From positions 129,439 to 193,438 of the forward strand of contig CAWIOS010000015.1 of NCBI GenBank assembly GCA_963837815.1: a DNA stretch of 64,000 nt, written 5' to 3'. The notes under the pieces were generated by a model. The model made no database searches. It saw nothing but the letters and a program-made list of their open reading frames with translations, and was not told the origin of the DNA. The position numbers and the translations under genes were made by a program. Below, piece by piece: positions 20,456 to 28,569 of this stretch. Numbering within the stretch: the first letter of the stretch is position 1; each line of letters starts with the position of its first letter. The DNA comes from Ignavibacteriota bacterium (GTDB lineage Bacteria > Bacteroidota > Ignavibacteria > UBA10030 > UBA6906).

Positions 20456-20484
20456 AATCTACCGAGACGGGTAATGACTTGCAA
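20456..20484 (-). promoter_or_regulatory. putative sigma70-type promoter of the cdd operon
   Basis: The minus strand reads TTGCAA-17 nt-TAGATT, followed by GGGAGGA 8 nt before the cdd ATG. Confidence 0.45.
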
Positions 20485-20499
20485 GCAGAAGCCGCGTTG

Positions 20500-21222
20500 C
20501 TACAGGAGCCCCTTCAGCTTTTCATACCCGGAACGGCTCACCGGGAGTTTCGTCCCGTCTGTCAGAATCACGATCCGGCTGTCCTTCGCGTACGTTTCAA
20601 GACGGACAAGGCGTTCAATGTTGACGATGTGCGACCGGTGGACCCGGACGAACCTGCGGCGGTCCAGCGAGGCCTCCAGGTCGGAGAGTCGCTCGAGCTT
20701 GAGGAATTTTCTCCCTGCGGAATGAATCGTCACGTAGTCGTCCTGTGCCTCGATGTGATCCACCGACGCGGCGGGAATGACATGAACCCTGCTTCCGTCC
20801 CGGACCAGGATTCGCTCCAGCGGCTTCGCCGGTGAACGAGCGGTGCGAATCAGCGAGTCGATATCCTCATACGCGTCCTTTCCGGTCACACGCATGAGCG
20901 CTTCGCCGAATCGCTCCCGGCTGAACGGCTTGAGGAGATAGTCGACAGCGTTTACCTCGAAGGCCTTGATCGCATACGAGTCGTACGCCGTGACAAAGAT
21001 AACCTTGGGCCTGACATCGAGGAGCGAAAGGACTTCAAACCCGTCAAGCTTCGGCATCTGGACGTCGAGAAACACAAGATCGGGGTGAAGTTCAGATATC
21101 GCCTGGACGGCGTCAAACCCGTTGGAGGATTCACCGACGACGTCGAACCCGGGATAGGAGGCCAGGTACTCCCGCACGATGCCGCGTGCCAGGTCTTCAT
21201 CGTCCACGATCATAACACGCAT
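20500..21222 (-). CDS. LytR/AlgR-family response regulator (receiver + LytTR DNA-binding domain)
   Basis: 240 aa. The receiver domain is MRVMIVDDE...DLVFLDVQMPKLDGFE, and the LytTR end contains FVRVHRSHIVN. Confidence 0.9.
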   Translation of the reverse strand: MRVMIVDDEDLARGIVREYLASYPGFDVVGESSNGFDAVQAISELHPDLVFLDVQMPKLDGFEVLSLLDVRPKVIFVTAYDSYAIKAFEVNAVDYLLKPFSRERFGEALMRVTGKDAYEDIDSLIRTARSPAKPLERILVRDGSRVHVIPAASVDHIEAQDDYVTIHSAGRKFLKLERLSDLEASLDRRRFVRVHRSHIVNIERLVRLETYAKDSRIVILTDGTKLPVSRSGYEKLKGLL

Positions 21223-21280
21223 CGGGGGCTCTCCTCCTTGTTGGTTTCCGGTCTGTCCCGGAAGTCAGCGTGCGCCCGGG

Positions 21281-22336
21281 TCACGGGTGATGCGGAATGG
21301 TGATCACTGCGAGAAACTCCCCGCCTGATTCACGAATGTCGAGCCGGGCTCCCCATCCATACAGCCGCTCCAGCCTCTGACGAACAATCTGCAGGCCGAT
21401 CCCCCCGGTGCGCGGTATCACCCGTGCCGGATCCGCCGGGTTCGTGACGGTGAGCCGCAGTGCGCCACCGCTGTTCTCGGTGCGAAGATGAACCAGGCCG
21501 CCGGCGGGGATCTGTGCGATGCCGTGGTTGACGGCGTTTTCAACGAGAGGTTGCAGCAGCAGGGGGGGGACGCGCACCTGCAGCGTTCCTTCCCCCAGGT
21601 CGAACCTGACCGTGAGGCGACTGCCGAACCGCACCCTCTCGATGTCCAGAAAATGCCGGACAATCGCAATTTCCTGCTCGAGGGCTATCATGTCAAGGGC
21701 TCCGTAGTTCATGCTCATCCGGAGAAAATCGGCGAGCATCAGCGTCATTGTGCGTGCGGCGGATGGGTCGGCGCTCGTGAGGGCGCTGATGGAGTTCAGG
21801 CTGTTGAAGAGGAAGTGGGGGTCGATCTGGGCCCGCAGCGCTTTCAATTCGGCGTCCCGCGCGAGAACCTGGAGCTCGAGAGCGTTTCTCTCTGTGCGCC
21901 GCGCCGCTTCCTGTGATCCGATGAGATAGTGGACGGCCGCGGCAATGAGGAAGAGTCCGACGCCAAACGACACGAGAAGGGGAACAGCTTCCGCGTATCT
22001 CTCTGCCGGGGCGAGCCCGGGCTCCATCCGCTGGAGTCCCGAGGCCCAGCCGAAGCACGCAGCAAGCCAGAGAGCGCTCGAAAGGACGGCGGCGATGAGA
22101 ATGGCAAGGAGCGTCCTGGCGGCATCCGTACCGGGGAGCGGAAACGCGCGGCAAACATACCACGCGGAAAGAGACATGAAGGCATAGACGATCGTCACGG
22201 GGAGGGAAAAGAGGAGCGCCCCGCTCCAGGGCGCCTTCACCGTCGTGACGAGAAGTATTGCAAGCGTCAGACCCGGAACGAGCCAGGCGAGAAGATACAC
22301 CGCGAGTGTACGGCGGTCCTTAAGTATGGGATGCAT
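21281..22336 (-). CDS. membrane sensor histidine kinase of the LytS/YehU type
   Basis: 351 aa with four or five N-terminal TM segments. It then has the His_kinase motif QIDPHFLFNSLNSI and an HATPase block (LLLQPLVENAVNHG...GGIGL). Confidence 0.85.
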   Translation of the reverse strand: MHPILKDRRTLAVYLLAWLVPGLTLAILLVTTVKAPWSGALLFSLPVTIVYAFMSLSAWYVCRAFPLPGTDAARTLLAILIAAVLSSALWLAACFGWASGLQRMEPGLAPAERYAEAVPLLVSFGVGLFLIAAAVHYLIGSQEAARRTERNALELQVLARDAELKALRAQIDPHFLFNSLNSISALTSADPSAARTMTLMLADFLRMSMNYGALDMIALEQEIAIVRHFLDIERVRFGSRLTVRFDLGEGTLQVRVPPLLLQPLVENAVNHGIAQIPAGGLVHLRTENSGGALRLTVTNPADPARVIPRTGGIGLQIVRQRLERLYGWGARLDIRESGGEFLAVITIPHHP

Positions 22337-22396
22337 GACCGTGCCGCGATACGCCGGGTGTGGATCGTCCCTGGTGGACTCCGCGCCTGCCCCTCA

Positions 22397-23101
22397 CTAG
22401 TTCGTCACCTCCACCCCCCCCATGATTACGGTCCCCCGCACAACGAGGCGTTTGACGGCCGGGTCGGAAGGCTTTGCGGATTTATCGTCATACCCGCCCA
22501 GGAAAGGAATGCCCTGGACAACAACGTTCCAGGTGACCGGGACCTTGATCTTGATGCCTCCCCACATGGCGAAGGTGGTTATCACGGCTTCTTCTCCGGC
22601 GATGGCAGCCTGCCTGAGGTCGATCTCGCATCCCCCCATAATGGAACTCACCTCGCCACCGCAGAAATCCTGGGAGTTGTTCGATTGTTGCACGCCGCCG
22701 AGAACGGCGAAGGCGTTGACGTATGAACGCGAATTCGAAGAAGCCCCGGCATCTCCGCGGATCTTCCCCCGCACGGGTCCCCCCATCAGCATGCTGAGGC
22801 CGAGCACCACAAGTATCAGCGGCCAGAGTTCCTGGAAGCCAATGTACGTGAATCCGAGCTCGCGTATGAGGAGCACCCCGCCGATGAGAACGAGGATGAG
22901 TCCGACGAAGCGCCCCCCGCGGTGGCCGGAGTTTGCAATGCGGACTGCACCGACAGCAACAAGGATCAGGGGCCAGAACCGGAGATAGAGCCGTGCGTCC
23001 AGAACATCGAGGTTGTCAAGAAGGAGGAATACCCCGATGAGGACGGCCGCCCCTCCGATGATGGCCTGACCGCTGAGTGAAAACCTCCATTTACGCTCCA
23101 T
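22397..23101 (-). CDS. LiaF-like membrane protein (DUF5668-type TM region + LiaF C-terminal-like domain)
   Basis: 234 aa. The N-terminal half contains TM hairpins, and the C-terminal half is beta-rich (GGCEIDLRQA...FAMWGGIKIKVP...GGVEV), as in cell-wall-active-antibiotic response proteins. Confidence 0.6.
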   Translation of the reverse strand: MERKWRFSLSGQAIIGGAAVLIGVFLLLDNLDVLDARLYLRFWPLILVAVGAVRIANSGHRGGRFVGLILVLIGGVLLIRELGFTYIGFQELWPLILVVLGLSMLMGGPVRGKIRGDAGASSNSRSYVNAFAVLGGVQQSNNSQDFCGGEVSSIMGGCEIDLRQAAIAGEEAVITTFAMWGGIKIKVPVTWNVVVQGIPFLGGYDDKSAKPSDPAVKRLVVRGTVIMGGVEVTN

Positions 23102-23462
23102 GTGCGTGCTCCTTTTCCTGATGGATTGTCGGGACTCCGGGGAGGCTCTTCCAGATTAGTGAGACCCCGAGCGCGATAAACATCGCAGGCCAGGTATCGC
23201 CGAACGTCAATCCGCCGAGGTGAAAGATCGAAATCGTGAACCAGAGGCCGAGAAGGAGAAGCCAGACCCCGGATCCCTCCTCGTGGCGGGATGCCGCATT
23301 ACTTATTCTTGCGATTCCCAGCCCGACGAGAATGAGGGGCCAGAACCGCCAGAGCGGGCCGACGTCAATTATGCCGACGTTTTCCAGAAGCAGGGCCGCG
23401 CCGGCAAGGAGAAGAAACGATCCAATGACGATGTGTGCGCTTGACGATTTGCGGGCATTCAT
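23091..23462 (-). CDS. small LiaI/LiaF-like four-TM membrane protein (DUF5668-like)
   Basis: 123 aa, almost entirely hydrophobic. A strong SD (AAGGAGGA) precedes the ATG, and the gene overlaps the next gene by 11 nt. Confidence 0.55.
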   Translation of the reverse strand: MNARKSSSAHIVIGSFLLLAGAALLLENVGIIDVGPLWRFWPLILVGLGIARISNAASRHEEGSGVWLLLLGLWFTISIFHLGGLTFGDTWPAMFIALGVSLIWKSLPGVPTIHQEKEHAHGA

Positions 23463-23652
23463 GAGCGATCCTCCTTAGTGTGTGTCTCCCGGACAAACAT
23501 ACGTGGATTCGGGTTCCGGTGTGACACCCGGTTCGGTGAACGGCGGAAAACACTCGGTGGAACAGGTCGCGGGAGGGGAAGATCCCGAGAATCCCCCGGA
23601 AGAGGCGCAACCTGCGGGCCTTTCCGCCGTACACAGTGGGTGGAGGCCCACT

Positions 23653-23859
23653 ATGACGAAAATTCTCTTCTGGTTGATACTTCTGTTCTTTTGCTGGCCC
23701 CTGGCCCTTGCGGCGCTCATCCTGTATCCGATCGTCTGGGTTCTCTCGATTCCCTTCAGACTTCTCGGCATAACGGTGGACGCGGTGTTCGAACTCTTCA
23801 GCGTTCTCATCACGCTCCCGGCGAGAATTCTCGGCGGTGCACGGGTCCCGCGCGTTTGA
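23653..23859 (+). CDS. small two-TM membrane protein (hypothetical)
   Basis: Trimmed from ORF 23482..23859 to MTKILFWLILLFFCWPLALAALILYPIVWVLSIPFRLLGITVDAVFELF... It has two clear hydrophobic helices, and the upstream part of the ORF has no protein-like character. Confidence 0.4.
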   Translation: MTKILFWLILLFFCWPLALAALILYPIVWVLSIPFRLLGITVDAVFELFSVLITLPARILGGARVPRV

Positions 23860-23880
23860 GGGGGACGCGTTTGAGGGGGA
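23851..23880. repeat. perfect 15-bp tandem duplication (CGCGTTTGAGGGGGA x2)
   Basis: Read directly from the sequence. Copy 1 contains the TGA stop of the small ORF. It is followed by a GGGGG-ACCG-CCCCC mini-hairpin between two convergent genes. Confidence 0.9.
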
Positions 23881-23887
23881 CCGCCCC

Positions 23888-26320
23888 CTACTTCTTCTCC
23901 CCGGCGAACTTCCGTATCTTCTCGATGCTCGTCTTTGCCTGCGGTGACGATCTGTCGGCGCTGTCGGCGGCAATTCTTTCCAGCAGCGGTATCGCCGCCC
24001 GGTCGGCGAAATCGCCCAGAAGCCGGATGGCATACCCCCGCACGAACGACTGCTTCTCACGTGCGATCGATTCGAGAAGCTGCATGACATCATTCCTCCC
24101 TCTGCCGTAACGGCTGAGGATTCCGAGTGATGCAAACCGCAATTCCTGAGGCTGACCGTTTCTCCCTCGCTCCAGGGCAAGCGTTAGACCCCGGAGAGAA
24201 TCGACGGAGCCGAGAGCGCGGAGTGCGGAGGCAGCGATGATGTTCCGGTGCGACGAGACGTCAACAAACGGGAGGAGCAACGGAGCTGCATTCGCGGAAT
24301 CGGACTTTGCGATCGATCCGAGCGCCGCGGCGACAACCCGGTAGCTCGAATCCTTCAGGGCGTCGCGTACCGCGGCGATCACGCGCCCTTCCGTATACTT
24401 CCTGAGCTGTGTCACTGCGGCAAGGCGCACCGCCGGATGCTTGTCCCCGGCCGCGGCGACGAGGACGGTCACAATCTCATCCTTTGCGGCGGCGCCGGCG
24501 GAGTCGATTTTGTCAAGGGCGAGCACGGCCTCCCGGCGAACCCCCCAGAAAGGATCCTCACGGGCGATCCGGGCAACGATCGGAATGTTTTCCGCGTTGT
24601 TCTTCATCTCGGACAGTTCCTGAACGGCGCGCAGTCTGTCCACAATCCCAGAGGCGTGCTCCGCCTGGTACATCCATTCCTCCTTGGATTTTGTCCACTT
24701 CAACTCTTTCAGAATCCAGTTTCCCCTGTCGAAAATTACAAGGCAGGGTTTTGACACCGCCGGAATTGCGAGCGTTGTATCGCCTTTGAGGATATTAAAC
24801 CTTTGGGTTGCTGCCCCTTCAGGCGTCGTCACCTCGACGTCAACCGGGGTGCGGAAAATGCCGGTCAGGCTGTCCGTCTTCTGCGTCTGGCGAACGTGAA
24901 GGAGTACCGCATGCGCGGAATCGCTCCAGTCATACCAGAGATCGAAAACCGGGTACCCTGCCCTGTAGACCCACTCGTCAAAAAACCAGTACAGGTTCTG
25001 TCCCGTCGCCTCTTCGATGGCGACTTTCAGATCGTTCGTCTCGACGGGCGTGTGCTGGTATTTCATGATATAGTGATGGAGGGCCTTCCAGAAGAGCCTG
25101 TCGCCCAGCACGAAACGGAGCATGTGGAGGACAGAAGATCCCCGCGCGTAGATGTTTGCGCCAAATGACCCGACGCTCACGATGGGCTTGCGTCCCGCGT
25201 GCCTGTCGGAGTTTATCCCCCCCTGTTGCGCGTTGAACATCATGTAATCGAACTCGTCCCGTCCCAGCACGTGCTCGTGCCACAGCGGATCAAAGTAGCT
25301 TGCAAAGCTCTCGTTCAGCCAGAGATGCCGCCAGTCCCTGCACGTCACCACGTCCCCCCACCACTGGTGGGCGAGTTCATGCGCGATCAGACTTGTCGGT
25401 GACTCGTCCACGCGTGCCCGCGCGTCGTAGACGGCGGCATAGTCCGCCAGCGATGTGGCGCTGACGTTTTCCATCCCTCCCTCAACGAAGTCCCTGATCA
25501 ACACCTGTGCATATTTTGCCCACGGGTATTTGTAGCCGATTTTTTCGCCGAACCACCTCACCATATCGGGAGTACTTGCAAAGCAGACCCTGGCGTCGGC
25601 CGTCTGGTCGGGGTAGACGTAGTACTCAAGGGGAATGTCGTCCGCGGAGTCCTTCAGGACGGCATACGCGCCGGCGGCGAGACTGATGAGATACGAGGCA
25701 TGGGGAATGTCCTGCCGCCAGTGAAACGTCTTCTTTCCCCTGTCCTCTTTCACATCCACGAGCCGTCCGTTGGAAAGGGCAACGTATGGACTCCGGACGG
25801 TCGCGATCATCTCGCTTGTTGCCATGTCGTTCGGGAAGTCGTAGCACGGGAACCAGAAGTGATTGTCCATGTCCTCTCCCTGCGACCAGATCTGCCAGGG
25901 TTTATCCGGGTAGCTGGAATCGGGCTGGACAAAATACAGCCCGCGGGATGGCGTACAGGTGTACGTCACGGCGATCGTCAGCGTGTCACCCGGACCATAG
26001 GGCCTGTCGAGCGTGATCGCGAGCTTCTTGGGGAGGACGGCAAAGTGAAGCGGCGTCCTCCCGAGCGACACTCCGAGGACGTTGAGCTTTTCGGCGTCAA
26101 ACTCGATTGTGGTGAGATCGGGGAGAAACGGAGTGAGCGTCGTTGTCGTGATGCCGCTCACGGACTTCGCGGCCTCGTCGAACGAGACCTCAATTCTATA
26201 ATGGATCACATGATAGTCTCGGCTGGGCCCCTCCCCGTCATCGCGAACCGGGAAGACCGACTGGGAGATGCCGGAAAACGGCAGACACACAAGCAGAGCA
26301 TAGAGAACGGGTGATTTCAT
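23888..26320 (-). CDS. pepN: M1-family aminopeptidase (aminopeptidase N-like) with C-terminal HEAT/ARM-like repeats
   Basis: 810 aa with a signal peptide, the GGMEN exopeptidase motif, zinc motif HELAHQWWGD and LWLNESFASY. The C-terminal 250 aa or so are helical repeats. Confidence 0.9.
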   Translation of the reverse strand: MKSPVLYALLVCLPFSGISQSVFPVRDDGEGPSRDYHVIHYRIEVSFDEAAKSVSGITTTTLTPFLPDLTTIEFDAEKLNVLGVSLGRTPLHFAVLPKKLAITLDRPYGPGDTLTIAVTYTCTPSRGLYFVQPDSSYPDKPWQIWSQGEDMDNHFWFPCYDFPNDMATSEMIATVRSPYVALSNGRLVDVKEDRGKKTFHWRQDIPHASYLISLAAGAYAVLKDSADDIPLEYYVYPDQTADARVCFASTPDMVRWFGEKIGYKYPWAKYAQVLIRDFVEGGMENVSATSLADYAAVYDARARVDESPTSLIAHELAHQWWGDVVTCRDWRHLWLNESFASYFDPLWHEHVLGRDEFDYMMFNAQQGGINSDRHAGRKPIVSVGSFGANIYARGSSVLHMLRFVLGDRLFWKALHHYIMKYQHTPVETNDLKVAIEEATGQNLYWFFDEWVYRAGYPVFDLWYDWSDSAHAVLLHVRQTQKTDSLTGIFRTPVDVEVTTPEGAATQRFNILKGDTTLAIPAVSKPCLVIFDRGNWILKELKWTKSKEEWMYQAEHASGIVDRLRAVQELSEMKNNAENIPIVARIAREDPFWGVRREAVLALDKIDSAGAAAKDEIVTVLVAAAGDKHPAVRLAAVTQLRKYTEGRVIAAVRDALKDSSYRVVAAALGSIAKSDSANAAPLLLPFVDVSSHRNIIAASALRALGSVDSLRGLTLALERGRNGQPQELRFASLGILSRYGRGRNDVMQLLESIAREKQSFVRGYAIRLLGDFADRAAIPLLERIAADSADRSSPQAKTSIEKIRKFAGEKK

Positions 26321-26384
26321 GGCGTGTCCATGGAAAAGTGAACATATGCCTGCGTTTCGCCCCCGGGGGAGGGGAGCGGGGATC

Positions 26385-27248
26385 CTATTCCCCCGCGTTC
26401 AAGAGGGAACGGAGGAGGTTCATGTTCTCAATGTCTTCATGCATGTCCTCGCTCTTCTCCGTCTCGAGAATCTTCGGCACCGCGGCAAGACGGGGATCGT
26501 TCATGAGCATCCGGAATCCCACGAGACCGATCTTCCCTTTGCCGATATGATCATGACGGTCCACCCGTGAGCCGAGCTCCTTCCGGGAATCGTTGACATG
26601 AACGGCGGCGAGGCGGCCGAGGCCGACAACATCGTCAAGCCTCCTCATTGTCTCCTCCCATCCGCGTTCCGAGCCGATGTCGTACCCGGCGGCATAGAGG
26701 TGGCACGTGTCGGCGCAGACGGCCATCCGCCCACGTTCCTCCACTCGGTCGATGATCCCCCTGAGGTGCTCGAACCTGTATCCCACGGAGGTTCCCTGTC
26801 CGGCTGTCGTCTCCAGAATCGTGAGCGTGCGGAATCCCGGTGTGTCCGCGTGGACGGCGTTAAGAGAATCTGCGATCCGCCTGATCCCCTCCTCGTCGCC
26901 GGTCCCCATGTGCGCGCCGGGATGGATGATAAGCCCGAGTATGCCGAGTGATTCACAACGGTTCAGTTCGTCGCACAGCGCGGAACGCGATTTTCTGAGG
27001 ACATCCCGATCGGGTGCGCAGAGATTGATAAGATACGCCGCGTGTGCGAGGACGGGGGCCACGGACATGCCGGCAGCGGTTTGCCTGTACCGATCAATAT
27101 CCGACGCGGCATACTGGGGGCCTTCCCACCGGTTGTTGTTCTTTGTAAACACCTGCATTGTCGAACATCCTGCGAGGGCCGCGCGCTCGAATGCGCGGTA
27201 CATTCCTCCGCTGATCGACATATGAGAGCCGAGAAGGGGTTTTTGCAT
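26385..27248 (-). CDS. nfo: deoxyribonuclease IV (endonuclease IV)
   Basis: ORF 26385..27419, start trimmed to MQKPLLGSHMSISGG. It carries typical Nfo blocks (LIIHPGAH, LETTAGQG, DTCHLYAAGYD, HVNDS). Confidence 0.9.
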   Translation of the reverse strand: MQKPLLGSHMSISGGMYRAFERAALAGCSTMQVFTKNNNRWEGPQYAASDIDRYRQTAAGMSVAPVLAHAAYLINLCAPDRDVLRKSRSALCDELNRCESLGILGLIIHPGAHMGTGDEEGIRRIADSLNAVHADTPGFRTLTILETTAGQGTSVGYRFEHLRGIIDRVEERGRMAVCADTCHLYAAGYDIGSERGWEETMRRLDDVVGLGRLAAVHVNDSRKELGSRVDRHDHIGKGKIGLVGFRMLMNDPRLAAVPKILETEKSEDMHEDIENMNLLRSLLNAGE

Positions 27249-27321
27249 CGGGCAATGCGCGTATTCCGCGTTCCGTGAAGGGAAGGAAGGGAAGACAGGG
27301 CCGGCGGCGGAAGCGTGAAAG

Positions 27322-27344
27322 CCCGGGTCCGGAACGGACCCGGG
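27322..27344 (-). terminator. GC-rich hairpin after pta (putative terminator)
   Basis: A perfect 10-bp stem with a 3-nt loop (CCCGGGTCCG-GAA-CGGACCCGGG) lies 15 nt downstream of the pta stop. On the minus strand it is followed by CTTTCACGCTT, a weak U-tract. Confidence 0.45.
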
Positions 27345-27358
27345 AGACCAACAGAAAT

Positions 27359-28345
27359 TTACGCCGCGCCGACAACCGCGTTGATCGCAGCAACGTTTAC
27401 GATGTCGCTCACACTGCACCCTCTTGAGAGATCAAATGCCGGCTTGCGGAGTCCCTGGACGACCGGCCCTATTGCCTCGGCCCCTCCGAGACGCTGTGCA
27501 AGCTTGTACCCGATATTACCCGCGTTCAGATCAGGGAAGATCAGCACGTTCGCCTTCCCCGCGATGGAGCTTCCGGGCGCTTTTGACGCGCCGACCTTCG
27601 GGACGATCGCTGCATCAAGCTGGAGCTCCCCGTCCATCTGTATATCGGGTCGTTTCTTCCGGAATATCTCCGCGGCCTGCTGGACCTTTTCGACCAGGGG
27701 GTGGCTGGCGCTCCCCTTCGTGGAGAACGAGAGGAGGGCAACGCGCGGCTGTTCGCCCGTGAGTCGCCTGTGATTTTCCGCGGTCGATATCCCGATGTCC
27801 GCAAGCTGTTCTGCAGTCGGATCGGGGACGACCGCGCAGTCTGCAAAAGAGAACACCTGATGGGGAAATACCATGAGGAAGAAACTTGAAACGATCGTAA
27901 TACCCGGGGCAAGTCCGATCACCTGTATCCCTGCCCTTAACACATCGCCTGTTGTAGAGAGCGAACCGGCGACGCTTCCATCTGCCATCCCCTCCCTGAC
28001 CATCATAGCGCCGAAAAAGAGGGGGTTACTCATCGTCTTCTGGGCCTCGGTAAACTGAATTCCCTTCGACTTCCGCAGATTGAAGTAGATATGGGAAAAG
28101 TCGCTCAGCTTGTCTGAAAGCTCGGGGTCGATGATTCTTATCCCTCCCAGGGCAGTTCCGCTCTTTTTTGCCTGTTCCTGAATGGCGCTGGTCTTGCCGA
28201 TCAGGAGGGGTTGGACGATTCCCTGGTCGGCAAGGAGCCTGGCCGCCTGTATGGCTCTTTCATCTGTTGCATCAGGGAGAACAACAGTTCTTTTGAGGCT
28301 TTTTGCCTTTGTGACTATGCTGCTCATGAGTTCTGATGGTAACAT
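27359..28345 (-). CDS. pta: phosphate acetyltransferase
   Basis: ORF 27359..28489, start trimmed to [32 protein letters not shown] (a later Met at 28327 is also possible). The C-terminus has [15 protein letters not shown]. Confidence 0.9.
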   Translation of the reverse strand: MLPSELMSSIVTKAKSLKRTVVLPDATDERAIQAARLLADQGIVQPLLIGKTSAIQEQAKKSGTALGGIRIIDPELSDKLSDFSHIYFNLRKSKGIQFTEAQKTMSNPLFFGAMMVREGMADGSVAGSLSTTGDVLRAGIQVIGLAPGITIVSSFFLMVFPHQVFSFADCAVVPDPTAEQLADIGISTAENHRRLTGEQPRVALLSFSTKGSASHPLVEKVQQAAEIFRKKRPDIQMDGELQLDAAIVPKVGASKAPGSSIAGKANVLIFPDLNAGNIGYKLAQRLGGAEAIGPVVQGLRKPAFDLSRGCSVSDIVNVAAINAVVGAA

Positions 28346-28381
28346 GCTATTCAGTCCGGTTTCAGATGAGATGGAGGGATT

Positions 28382-28409
28382 TGGTTCACATCGACAAGAT
28401 AGTGAACCA
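28382..28409. promoter_or_regulatory. 8-bp perfect inverted repeat TGGTTCAC-N12-GTGAACCA in the pta/miaB divergent intergenic region
   Basis: Read directly from the sequence. It lies about 40 nt upstream of the pta start in the AT-richer 28346..28569 spacer. Confidence 0.3.
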
Positions 28410-28569
28410 CAGCTACAAATCAAACAAGGCTCGTCGAAAGTAGACAAGCGGACCTTGCCATTTTGACAGATAATTGGAAAAATTAACAAGAATTAACCAA
28501 AATCTGCTATTTTGCGATTGATTTTCTGTCAGATAGTGATACATTAGATACCCTAGTTCCCTCATAATT

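Noticed and set aside
23482-23652. N-terminal 57 codons of ORF 23482..23859
   Set aside because: This part is not hydrophobic or protein-like, and it would overlap the divergent promoter region. Only the segment from Met 23653 looks like a real membrane protein.
26358-26372. CCCCCGGGGG palindrome between pepN and nfo
   Set aside because: A 10-nt palindrome without a loop or U-tract is too weak to call a terminator or operator.
27359-28345. pta as the phosphotransacylase partner of the BMC shell genes
   Set aside because: It lies 11 kb away, in a different transcription unit among housekeeping genes. BMC loci normally use PduL, so there is no positional support.
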